64,000 nucleotides of DNA, from contig CAWCKM010000052.1 in the NCBI GenBank assembly GCA_963796125.1, positions 238 to 64,237 of the forward strand, in the 5' to 3' direction. Of the stretch, positions 39,637-51,336 are shown one piece after another. This DNA comes from Nitrospirota bacterium. GTDB taxonomy: Bacteria > Nitrospirota > Thermodesulfovibrionia > Thermodesulfovibrionales > SM23-35. Below the pieces are notes generated by a model. That model was not told where the DNA came from. It was given only the letters and a program-made list of their open reading frames with translations, and made no database searches. The translations under genes and the position numbers were made by a program. How positions within the stretch are numbered: the stretch's first letter is position 1; each line of letters starts with the position of its first letter.

Positions 39637-41206
39637 ATGTCCCTCCCTCAATTAATTGATATCGGGTTTTTGTCTGCTCTTCGGGATTCCCTTTCAGTCA
39701 TAACTGATTTGTCCTTTTCACTGTATGATGGAGCGGGTATGTTATTGATGCTGCCTGAAGGTGAAGACAAATTGACGGCTTACATGAGATCGTATAGCCA
39801 GGGCAGAGAGGAACTTGAGGAATTTATTCTTCATGGTATTGAAAAGGCGGCCATGAGAAAGGATTCCTTTCTGTTTAAAGGTCCTGTCAATGAGCACCGT
39901 CTATTTATTTCTGCTGGCATCGAAAACTTTAAAATCGTCTTTGTCAGCAATCCATTCTATTCGACGAGAGCAGAATTCGAGGAATTTTTAATCAAAAACG
40001 GGAAACATTTTGGTCTTTCTCCTGCGAACTTTGAAGCATGGATAGAGGCAGTCAAGATAAAGGATTGTTCAACGGTTCAGAACATGGCAGCACATATAAA
40101 ACCCATACTTGAAATTTTTTTGCAGCGCAGCTATAAGAAGAATTTGAACCATAAGAGTTACAGATGGTCTAAGACTTTAACAGATGTGGCGTTCAGCACT
40201 CAATTGCCAAAAACTGCAGAAGAGGTTTACGTATTGGTTCTTGATGCGATCATGTTTCTCTTCAATGTTGATACCGTTTCTGTAATGATTAAGGACGGGA
40301 ATCTCTTCAGGGTTTTTCTGTCCACAGGAAGGTTAAGGAATGACGTGAAAGCTCTCTGTGTTGAAGATCGTAACCAGATGATTTCTAAAGCCATTGAGGA
40401 CCGCATGCCTGTATATACAGATGATGTTACAGAAATCCTGAGGCTTGGTTTTCCAGAGAAAATGACATCAGTACATATTTACCCGCTTTTGCACGGCAGT
40501 ACTACTTACGGTGTAGTCGTCATATACAATTCCATTCTTTCAGCGGAAGAGTCCTGCAGCATTATGGAGTTCTGCAAGCTTATGTCCCTTGTACTTAAAA
40601 ACGTCTCTCTTCAAAGCGATTACGATCGGTGTTCTACCGGTATAGGCCGGTTGCAGATGACGACAACACAACTTATTCATCAATTTCACAACCTTAAAGA
40701 GATTTCTGTTACTGATCCTCTGACAGGACTTTTCGGCAGGCAATACTTTCAGGAGCGTTTCATAGAGGAAATTCACCGCTCAGAGCGTTATGACATTTTC
40801 TTTTCTTTTGCGGTCGTAGATATCGATAATTTTAAGCTTATTCAATGACTCAGAAGGACACCTAAAAGGAGATAATATTTTGAGGGAGATTGCAAAAATA
40901 ACGCATGGGTCTATAAGGGGGTATGACATCCTGTCCAGATTTGGAGGAAGAGAATTCGGCATTCTCATGCCACAGACAGCAAGCGAAGAGGCATTTATGG
41001 TTGCAGAGAGGATAAGAAAAAACATTAAAGCATTCCTTATGAAACGATGGACAGCATTTCCCCTTCCCGGCATAACAGTGAGCATCGGTATTTCATCTTT
41101 TCCTTATAACGGGAAAAGTTTCGATGAGCTTATAGAGCGTGCTGATGTAGCTCTCTGTAAAGCAAAGTCTATGGGTAAAGACAGAACCGTTATTTACAGC
41201 GATTAA
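39637..41206 (+). pseudogene. GGDEF-domain protein with a sensory N-terminus (PocR-like?) and GAF. The active site is degenerate (GGREF) but RxxD is retained. One frameshift near 40845.
   Basis: Pieces 39637-40848 (...DPLTGLFGRQYF...AVVDIDNFK) and 40880-41206 (RGYDILSRFGGREFGILMP). The GGREF codons are at 40943-40957. Confidence 0.75.
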
Positions 41207-41255
41207 AACTGTAAGTCAGACTCGGTCAGATACTGATCTCTGCATATGCGAAGGG

Positions 41256-42278
41256 TTAAAGTAACTTAATCTTATTATCAATTATCAAAGTTACGATTTC
41301 GGGGTCGAACTGCGTACCGGATCCCTTTTTGAGTTCATCGATAAGCTGGCTGTAAGAAAGGGCCTTTCTATAAGGTCTGTCGCGCATCATTGCATCTACA
41401 GTATCTGCGATTGCAACAATTCTCGCCGTGAGTGGTATCTTGTCCCCTTTAAGCCCTTCTGGATATCCTGTACCGTCAAATCTCTCATGATGATAGAGGA
41501 TCACTTCGACTGTATCTTCAAGGAAAGGCACTGCGTTAACAATCCTGGCACCAATGTTTGGGTGTTTCCTCATCTCGATATGTTCATCTCTGGTAAGTAA
41601 ACTATCTTTTCTTAAGAGCTGCTCACTTATTCCTATCTTTCCTATATCATGCATGATGGCCGCATGCTGGAGTTTCTCTTTCGTAAGCTTTGGAAATCCC
41701 ACTCCTTCTGCTATTATTGATGATAATTTTGCAACATGTTCGGAGTGGTCAAACGTATAATGGTCCTTTGCATCTATTGCGTAAATGAGTGCTTTTATTG
41801 TCCCGTCATAATAGAGCATCAGATTCTGTCTTACAGACTCGATCTCCTGTGTAAGGTATTCTTTAGTGAGTAAAAGATCTTCATGCTCCAATTTTTTTGT
41901 GCTTAGGTCGCGCTTTTTCTGAAGTCCGCGTTCGATTACATTTATCACATCATCCTTATCAAAAGGCTTCGTAAGATAATCGAAGGCACCGAGACGCAAT
42001 GCACTACGTGCCGAGTCAAGACTGGCATACGCAGTTAGAAGTATAACCTGTGTGTCAGGATATCTTTTTTTAATCTCCCTCAGTACCGTTATTCCATCCA
42101 TATCCGGCATTCTTAGATCAAGAACCACCAGATCCATGGGATTTTGGGCCATGAGATCAAGCCCCTCTCTTCCGCCGGTGGCTGTAAAAACAGTATATCT
42201 GCCTTTTAAGACCTGCTGAATAGAATATCTCGGCATTAATTCATCATCTATAATGAGAATTTTTTCTTCGTTATTCAT
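41256..42278 (-). CDS. Response regulator with an HD-GYP c-di-GMP phosphodiesterase domain (RpfG-like).
   Basis: REC domain (ILIIDDE...VVLDLRMPDMDG...KP), then HD (HSEHVAKL...MHDIGK) and HHERFDGTGYP. Confidence 0.9.
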   Translation of the reverse strand: MNNEEKILIIDDELMPRYSIQQVLKGRYTVFTATGGREGLDLMAQNPMDLVVLDLRMPDMDGITVLREIKKRYPDTQVILLTAYASLDSARSALRLGAFDYLTKPFDKDDVINVIERGLQKKRDLSTKKLEHEDLLLTKEYLTQEIESVRQNLMLYYDGTIKALIYAIDAKDHYTFDHSEHVAKLSSIIAEGVGFPKLTKEKLQHAAIMHDIGKIGISEQLLRKDSLLTRDEHIEMRKHPNIGARIVNAVPFLEDTVEVILYHHERFDGTGYPEGLKGDKIPLTARIVAIADTVDAMMRDRPYRKALSYSQLIDELKKGSGTQFDPEIVTLIIDNKIKLL

Positions 42279-45200
42279 TTTCTATTGGAACCACAGTTTT
42301 TGATACATCAACAACGGGAAGGTTAATGATAAAGCTGTTACTCCCGTTGTCACTTTTTATGATGAGGCTTCCGTTATGCCCCTCAATAATCTTATGGCTG
42401 ATGGGGACATTCAGCTCAGTCCCAAGGTTATCAATATCCAGAAGCGGTTTAAACAGGTCATCTTTTTCTTTATCCGTAAACTCTTTCCCAGTATATTTTA
42501 TTACTATCTCCACATAAGGACTGCTATCCGGCAATACCGCGCTGAGTGTGACAAAAGCGCCTCCGGGTGTCCTTTCAACAGCGCTGGAGACAAGATAATA
42601 GATAGCCTTAGTAAGGATTTTTTTGTCAGCGTTAACAAGTACAGATTTATCCAGGTTTTGTTTTAAAAAACTATGTGCCGAGGGTATGTTCTTCAATATA
42701 TATTCCGCAGATTCATCAATAATAAGATTCACGTCTTCTTTTTTAAGGTCATACTCGGACTTACCCGAAAAAATTATGAGTTTATCAATAAGACTGTCAA
42801 TCTTATGGATTGATTGAAAAACCACTGTTGCATAAAAATTATTCAGTTCCTCATCCTTATATTTCTCATTCATTAACTGCGTATAAGTATAAATTGACGT
42901 CATAGGGTTTCTTATCTCATTGGCAAGCTTTGCCATAAGATCATTAACGGCCAGAAGCTTTTCCGTGCTTCTCTTCTGTTCCTCAAGTCTCCTGGAATCA
43001 GACAGATCGGTAAAGACAATTCCTGCGCCGATAGGGGTCCGGTTTTCATCGAGCAACCTGTAACTGTTTACCCCGATAGGCAGTTTTTCCTGGAGGATCT
43101 CTGTCTCATGACGTTTATACATGGTGCCTGTAACCATAGTCTCAAACAGTATGTCTCCCAACGGAGAAGGTATTTTCCTTAAATCGTAACCCAACATCTC
43201 TGAGGGATTTAGATTAAGAATTTCAGATGCCCGCTGGTTAAAAACAGTGATCCTTTCATCTTTATCAATGACAATAACACCGCTGGGCATACTGGAAAGG
43301 ATATTCTTTGTAAATCCCTTCTGGTAGAGCATCTGATGATATAAATCTATATCCTTTACTGCTGCAGCGAGGTAATTGCAAAGCACATAGATGATCTCAA
43401 GCTCCTCCTTGTAAAATGGCTCTTCCGTGATCTTGTTGTCTATGTTAAAGATGCCTATCAGTCTTCCTTTATATGTCATGGGGAATGAAAATGCGCACTC
43501 CAGAAGTTCCATCTCTGACTTTATATTTAAGGAGGCTGTGTCAGCAGGATTGTTCGGTTTGCGCTTTATCCTGCCTGTCTTTGCAAGCCATGTCACAAGT
43601 GCACTGTCTTTTTTTAATCTGAGATTCTCAGCAATGTATGGGTCAAGCCCATAGTGGGTTTTAACATAAAATCCTTCTTTATCCCTGAGCATGACCGACA
43701 TCTTACTTACACGGCTAATGTCCATTACAGAATCCATAAAGTGATTAAAAAGCCTTCTCATGTCAAAACTTACAGTAAGCACCTTTGCAAAATTGATCAG
43801 TACCTGTAAGTATCTCCCGGACAGAAACGACTCGAGACCTGCCGGTCCATAAAATGAACTCACCGGGGTCTGCAGATTGTATGTGCTATGTATTTGGGTA
43901 TCGTCTTTTGATTTTTCAAGCAGGTTTGTCACATTTTTAAGCCTTTGCTTATCAAGGGCATGCGTAACCATTTTAGGAAGTTCTGTATGTACAGACTGAG
44001 TCTCTACATAACCAAAAACAGCCGGGGGCAAATTCTCAATGGTAAACTCGTCAAGTTTCTCCGGTGTAATAAGTATAACCGCATTATGGTCGAGTTTACT
44101 TAATAACTTCTCTAAAGCAGACAGCTTATATGAGACGGTGTCTATTAGAAGCAAATTAATCAGGAAATTGGCATTCAGATCCTCAAACTCCTCTAACGTC
44201 TTGAGGGGGTATATGGTATGCCTCTTAAGGGCTAATTTTACATCAGGAATAATTGCTTCATCTCTGTTACTAAGTAGAGCTAAGATTTCCACTTTCATTC
44301 CCATTTTCTTAATAGGCAGTGTTATTTTAAAAGTTGTTCCTTTTTTAAGTATGCTGTCAACCACTATTTTACCATAGTGGTCTTCGATAATCTTTTTAGT
44401 TATGGCGAGACCAAGACCTGCTCCTATTGTTTTTGTCGAGAAAAAAGGTTCAAAAATTCTGGTGACATCTTCTGAGGATATCCCGTCCCCATTGTCTGCA
44501 ATTGATATGTCAACATTCTCTTTGTTTTGAATAATACCAACCCTTAAAGTTCCATCATTACGATTAACAGGAATAGACTGACAACCATTCATTATTATAT
44601 TAGTGAATGCCTGTCTCAGCTTCTTTTCGTCTCCCAACACATTTATGTTGATGTTTCCATAATCCTTTTCAATAGTGATTTTCTTATTATTCAAGTTTGA
44701 GGTTTGCTCCTGGTTTCATCAATAATCCAGTCCATGAACTTGCCTATATTTAGAGTGCTCATTTCTGCAGGAGTCCTTCCTGAAGAAAAATCCAAGAAGG
44801 TCTTTAATAAGACCATCTATGCGGTTTGCACTATCTACAACAATCTTTGAGAAATTTTCCCTGAAATCTGTATCAGAGTATCTTTCAGGCAGCAACTGGG
44901 CAAATGTCTTTATGGAAGTAAGGGGATTTTTTATCTCATGTGCAAAGGTGGCAGACATCATGCCTATTGATGCAAGTCGGTCTGAGGTTAGTTTATCCAT
45001 ATAGAGTTTGGCATTCTTAATGGCAATTGCCGTCTGGTCAGAGATCAGTGTGGAGCAGTTTGATGTCTTCAGAAGTAAAGATATCTCCTGATATCTTCTC
45101 GCTGAGAACCATCAAGAGTTCTAAATTGTTATCAACAAATACGGGGACTACTGCTTCACCTTCAAAAGGTTTAAGATCGGTATTAACTTTATCTACTACT

Positions 45201-46381
45201 TCCTGGTTGATCTTATGAATCTGCGGCAGCTCCTCTCTGATGACAACATCATATGTTTTAAGGAGTTTGACTATCTCTGAGTTACCGTCTATTGCCATCT
45301 CACTTTCCTGCATTTTGTTTTCAGTAATGTTTGTTCTGACTTCAGGGTCTTTTTCTATATTTACTGTTTCTTTATCTCTTTGCACACTATCTTTTTCATG
45401 TGATGTGGAATATACCATTACAACTACATACTTCCCTCCGGGCACAAGAGAGAGAAAATAAATATTTTTTAAACCAAGAGCTGACAAAATTATGTCCCCG
45501 ATGAAACTATATATCCTCCCAAGACTAAAAGATGAAGCAAGCTCATGACTTACTTTCTGAATAGTAGAGTAATAATCATATGTCTTTTTATAAAATGTTT
45601 TGTCAATAATTGTCTGGATTCTGTTTCTGAGAGGATTAAAAAGAAGTGCAATCAAAAGGGCAGCGATAGCTGTTATAGTAGATGAAGTAATACCAGCCAG
45701 ATGCGATAAATATTTAGTTATTGCAAGCACTACCATGACAAAAGAGCCGACTAAAAGTCCAACAGAAAGAGAATAAACTGCAGTTTTTTTGAATACAATA
45801 TTTATGTCCATGAGACGATAGCGAAGGATGGCATAAGTAGCGATAAGACAATATATTGGAATAGTAAAATTGCCGAAAGGATAAAAATTGAAACCAAGAT
45901 ATGGAAAAAATTAGATAATCCACCGGAGAATCCCAGGATTATAGCTATAAGGAAATATAAAATTTGAAGTTTTTTAATTCCCTTAGATATTAAGTAACTT
46001 TTGATTAGTTGATAAACTCCATAAGTTATTAGTCCTAACCATATAAAAAAAGAAATCACACCAATAGGACTTTTGGTATAAGCATAATGGAGTGTATTAA
46101 AGAGCAAATAAGTATTTGAGATGTAGGGTAGGTTAGTCGCTAAAATACTTAGTATACTGGATAAGATCCTTGGCACATAGGCAAAAATTAAATATTTTAT
46201 ATGAAGAAAGATTACACAATTCATATATCACGTGGAAGAAAAATATACCAATAAATAAAATGGGGGGATAATCTGATCTTCCAAAGTATTTAATGCCTGC
46301 TGGTACTATCTGTAAGCTTGTCCTATGAAAAACGCTATCCAACCCCAAAAATAGCTTACTGCAATATTGAAAAACATCCAC
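42271..46381 (-). pseudogene. Giant membrane sensor kinase: multi-TM N-terminus, GAF, HisKA, HATPase, REC-like, GAF, PAS, then a second, degenerate HisKA/HATPase-like module. Several frameshifts in the 5' third.
   Basis: Pieces: 45802-46381 (TM helices); 45038-45811 (TM plus GAF); 44719-45000 (FAHEIKNPLTSI H-box); 42271-44694 (starts inside HATPase: DNGDGIS, GAGLGLAI; later LANEIRNPMTSI with Asn in place of His). 8-nt overlap with the HD-GYP gene. Confidence 0.75.
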
Positions 46382-46548
46382 AGCAAATGTAATCTGGATT
46401 TCTTAGTTTTTAATAAAATAATAATTACTAAGGTAGTGCATGTTACTCCTAACGACAATCCACCGAGTGAATATATACTGGCTGTGGTCTATTACTTTCT
46501 TTAACTTGTTTTTATACTTTTCTAAAGAACAATTTTTAAACATGGTTA

Positions 46549-49396
46549 TCAAATTGTCTGATTTATTCCATTTTTAGCTGATACTTTAAAATATCTAAGC
46601 AATAGGTTAGCTACGTTTCTACCCCAAATAAAGCAACCAGGGGAATTCCACTCTGTCCTATCCCATTTGTCACCCACCAATGGCCCGATAAATATAAACC
46701 CTTTATGCTCGTTTGGCTGGGAATAGTTAATATTCTGGAATCGTACTTGATTCACTGCAGATGCCCATCCAAGAGAAGCACCTTCCAATTTGAAGTGATA
46801 TTTGTGAAGTGTGCTGGGAGTAACAGTTTGTTTCCCTTTATCTTCATTGATTTCTGAATATTCCGGAATTATTTCATTATAGTTTCGAAAATAATCTTTT
46901 TATATAAATATTCTTTGTAATCTTCTTGTAATCTTATTTGTGGATATGACCCAAACCATTGCTCTCACTACACTTTTATCTTTAGGAGCAAGTTGTCATC
47001 AACGAGAGAGGGAAATGGCAAATAAGATATCTACATTAAAACCATTTCTGTTCTCTGTGGTCATATCTTTCGAGATTATAATATCTGTCTGTATCAAAAC
47101 ATCTCTCCAGATCATATGTAGAAAATAACCATGTAGAAAAATGTTTATCCATTAATTTTTCTAAATTATTATTCAGTCCTAAATATACTATAAATGCGGA
47201 GGGAGATATTGCTAACTGTTCCACTTTCTTTTTTTCTATGCATTCTGAAGATATTAATTCTTTAAAAGTAGTAGTGGCATCAGCATTTGAAACCACAAAT
47301 CCAGTTTGAATAATTTTTCCTTCATTCAATTCTATGCCAGTAACTCTTTCGTTTTTAACTATAATTCTCTTTACCTTGTTAGATAATAATAATCCCCCTC
47401 CATATTCTGTAAACTTTGATGCTAATAAATCAGGAAAATTTTGAATACCTCCTTGTGGGTAATATCCACCATCTAAAATATATTCTCTGTATAAGAAAAT
47501 TGAAGATAACGCAGAAGCTTTTGAAGGAGAGATCCCTAAATTACCAATGGGAATTGATAAAATTGTTTTTAATTTATAGTCTTGAAAGAATGCATTTAAG
47601 AATTCATTAAAAGTTAAACTCTTGGTTTTAGAAACCAAGGATAAAAGATCTTCTGTAAGAATAAAATCAAAGAATCTTTTTATACTTTGCTCTTCTTTAG
47701 GAAAGTGATTTATTAGTTCTTGTTTGGTTTTTTCCTTATCTTGTCTTATTAGGATAATTTCATTTGGTGTGATGATTCTTTCACAAGGATCATTTCTTAG
47801 AAAGTTTTATCTTATTAAGAAGTGAAAGATCTTGTAGTATGTTATAAATTACTCCGTCCCTTTCTCTACAGGATCCCAAATAATGTACCCCTACATCAAA
47901 AGTATATCCTCCCCTTTCGAAGGAAGTACAATAACCTCCCGGCTTATAATGTTGCTCTACTATTAAAACTTTTAAGCCTGCTTTAGCAAGATAACAACCA
48001 CAAACTAATCCGCCGATTCCTGCACCAATAATGACTACATCATATTTGTCTTCTTTATGGTTTTTAAAATCTGTATAATTTGGTTTGCAATCATATTTTT
48101 TAAATATTGCTGCCGCATTATATCCTGCAAATCCACAGGATAATTTCATGGCAGTATCAAGGGGATAAGGGATTAGTTCCTTCACTAATTCGATGTTGTA
48201 CTTTGGTTCAGTTTCATCATAATTCAAAGTCGGTGGAATTAAATTATTTTCCATGGAAAGTAAGAGAATGATGATTTCTAAAATAGCGCTGCCTCCTAAG
48301 TTATGACCGACATATGGCTTAAATGCCGTTATTAAAGGTTTTTTATGATTTTTACCAAAAATATCAGTAATTGCTTTTGCTTCATAACCATCCGTAACTT
48401 TAATTGCTACTCCGTGAGGATTAATTAAATCGATGTCGTCTGGTTTTAAGTTAGATTTTCTAAGAGAAGATTCTAATGTTCTTTGGATAAGTTAAGCTCC
48501 CTATTCTTGGCATAGTAACTTTCCAGCCTTCAAGAGAGAATCCCCCACCTAAATATTCAGCATAAATGTGAGCTTTTCTATCTAAGGCATGACTCAGTTC
48601 TTCTAAAACTATTGCTGAAGCTCCATCGCCAAGAACAATGCCATCAGCTTTTTTAGAGAAAGGCTTCATTTTTCCATCTTCTGCGTAAAGCCCCTGTTCC
48701 TTAAACCATAAATGTTTAAACATAGTATTGGCTACATCTCCAGAGGCAAGCAAAACAACGCTACTTTCACCATATTTAATTTGTCTTGCAGCGGATTCTA
48801 GAGGCAAACAGACCTGATGCACAGGCATTGTTTGTAAATAAAGAGTATCCATGAAGCCCGAATGCTTTAGCAACAAAATACAAATACATAAAAGTCTGAA
48901 GATCATAACCATTCTGAGCGAACTGTTCATATATATGTCTAAAAAGTTTATACTTGGAAAATTTATTATTTAAAGGATATTCTTCTATATATTGAATGGT
49001 CCCATAAATAAGCCCTTCACAAAACACTTCAAATCCCGGATGTTCAACTGTCAAGAACAACCCAATATTGTTGTCCTCTTTATCGTAAGAAAGTCCGCTG
49101 TCATCTAAAGCTAATTTTATAGACGCTAATAAATAGAAAAGGTCTTTATCTTCATTCCCTTTTTTCCATATTTTGATGTCTTCAATTATCTCCTCTTCAA
49201 TGTTAAATTTTTCAATACCAAAACTATCTATTTTATGCAGATAAAATTTATCCCATACTTCCCCATCAATATTTATTTCCTCTAATTTTAAACCAATTCT
49301 TTTTTTTAAAATCCCTTCCCAGAAAACATCTTTACCGATTCCCGTTGAGGCTAAAGGACCTATTCCTGTTACTACTACTCTTTTTTCACCTGCCAT
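46549..49396 (-). pseudogene. Beta-ketoacyl synthase (C-H-H triad intact) fused in frame to a CrtI/phytoene-desaturase-like FAD oxidoreductase. Heavily frameshifted.
   Basis: KS: MAGEKRVVVTGIG, TNNACASG, NPHGVAIKVTD, PYVGHNLGGSA, IPPTLNY...SCGFAGYNAAAIFKKY. A 17-aa linker follows, then DVVIIGAGIGGLVCGCYLAKAGLKVLIVEQHYKPGG. The middle (47036-47638) and C-terminal (46549-46788) oxidoreductase pieces are in other frames. Confidence 0.7.
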
Positions 49397-49428
49397 AATA
49401 TGAAATTGCACCAAATATTTTTAACATC

Positions 49429-50643
49429 TTAATTAAACTTACTGATTACCAAACAGGAGTTATTTCCTCCGAAGGCGAAACCATTATTTAAGGCAATATC
49501 TCACTCTCTTTATTTTTGCTCTATTAGGAACACAATCTATGTCACATTCTGGATCGGGAGTCTCAAAATTTATAGTTGGAGGAACTATATCTTCTTTAAC
49601 TACAAGACAGCAGGCTAATGCCTCGATAGCAGATGCAGCTCCCATGGTATGACCGAGCATTGATTTTATTGAACTTACAGGAATTGTTTTATATCGTTCT
49701 TTAAAAACATTTTTAATTGCGGCACACTCAGTTTTATCATTGCCTTGTGTACCGGTCCCATGAGCATTTATATAATCTACTTCTTCTTGTCTGAATAGTC
49801 TGCTTCTTTTAAGGCTTTTCGTATTACTTTCTCGATACCATCTACGTGAGAGGCAGTCATATGAAAAGCATCACAACTAATGCCATAGCCTAATATCTCT
49901 GCATAGATATTTGCTTTTCTTTTTAAAGCAGATTCTAATGATTCAAGAAATAGGATCCCTGCTCCTTCACCAACAAGCATTCCCTTTCTATTTTTGTCAA
50001 AGGGCTGACATTTCTCAGGAGCCATTGCATAGAGACGATGAAAGCCACTGAATGCAAGTTTAGAGAATGAATCAGCACCTCCTACAATAGCATAATCTAT
50101 ATCTCCTTTTCTTATTAGATCAAATCCATAACCTATGGCATAGTTACCAGCAGCACAGGCTGTAGGAATAAGATAATTTGGTCCCTGAAGTTTAAAATAA
50201 TTAGCAATATTAGCAGGCAAGTTATTCGCCGAAGACTGCAATATTTTTATTTTGCTTATCTTATCAACTCCTTCTTTAATCCAGGCTTCAATAGATTCCT
50301 CCAATGGTCTCTCACCCATAGTTGTTCCAATAAAAACACCGATTCTTTCTTTATCGTTATTTATCAGTGATAACCTGGAATCCTTTAAAGCCAGAGATGC
50401 AGCAGCAATAGCCATTTGAGATGTGCGGCCCAAAAATTTAAGTTTTCTCTTTGAAATAAACTCTTCAGGGTTAAAGTTTTTTATTTCACCACCATAATGA
50501 CATCTGAATTCCTTAGTATCGAATGAAGAAACCCTGCTTATCCCTGATTTGCCATTTATTATGGCTTTCCAGAAGTCATCCTTGCCAATCCCTACAGATG
50601 AAACTACTCCTAAACCTGTTACTACTATTCTTCTTTTATTCAT
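49429..50643 (-). pseudogene. Beta-ketoacyl-ACP synthase (FabF-like, catalytic). Two frameshifts near the 3' end.
   Basis: RIVVTGLGVVSSVG and PTACAAGNYAIG (Cys). AHGTGTQGND and SMLGHTMGAASA appear in the shifted frame downstream of 49800. Ends ...GGNNSCLVISKFN*. Confidence 0.8.
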
Positions 50644-51077
50644 TCTTTTTAATCCCTAAAACAAAATTGGCTTTAGCCACAATCCTATCGCCAACTCTCG
50701 CTAAAGCATCAATCACTGCTGCTTCATCTATAATCTTTACATTATTTGTCTCTAAAATAAGTTTATCACCTGGGAATACCGGCGATAAAAACTCTGCCTT
50801 GACCTTGCCTAAATAATAATTTGGATGTGTTTTAGCTATCTCTGGCTTACAAATGTAATAAAGAATTATAGAAGCCTGTGCCATTGCCTCTATTATCAAA
50901 ACGCCCGGCATTATTGGTCTGCCGGGAAAATGTCCCTCAAAAAAAAATTCATTATCTTTGATATTTTTAGACAGCTATGACTTTCTTAGTGCCATCAATC
51001 TCAATTACTTCATCAATAAAAAGAAATGGCTCCCGATGTGGCAAGATAGTTTCAATTTTTTCTCTATCCCAGTGCAT
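50636..51077 (-). pseudogene. FabZ-like 3-hydroxyacyl-ACP dehydratase (hot-dog fold). One frameshift near 50960.
   Basis: MHWDREKIETILPHREPFLFIDEV, then FFFEGHFPGRPIMPGVLIIEAMAQ (catalytic His and Glu). Confidence 0.8.
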
Positions 51078-51322
51078 GTTAAGGCTTTTTCAGGGTGTCT
51101 TGTATATTCAATTATCTGTCTAAGATTCCTGATATTTGGGATATCCTTTTCGGGTATAATAATCCTGTATTTCTTCTCAAAAGCAGCTACTATCTCGATT
51201 GCCTTTAATGAATCTATCCCTAAATCTTTAAAAAAGTCTGCATCAGGCGTAAGTTTTTCAACAGGTACCTCAATAATCTCTGAAACTAATTTCTTTACTT
51301 CTTCTTCATAGTTATTTTTCAT
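51005..51322 (-). CDS. Acyl carrier protein. The true stop is probably near 51085 and the rest of the ORF overlaps fabZ.
   Basis: DFFKDLGIDSLKAIEIV contains the phosphopantetheine-attachment DSL motif. Confidence 0.8.
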   Translation of the reverse strand: MKNNYEEEVKKLVSEIIEVPVEKLTPDADFFKDLGIDSLKAIEIVAAFEKKYRIIIPEKDIPNIRNLRQIIEYTRHPEKALTCTGIEKKLKLSCHIGSHFFLLMK

Positions 51323-51336
51323 ATGCCCCCTTTTGT

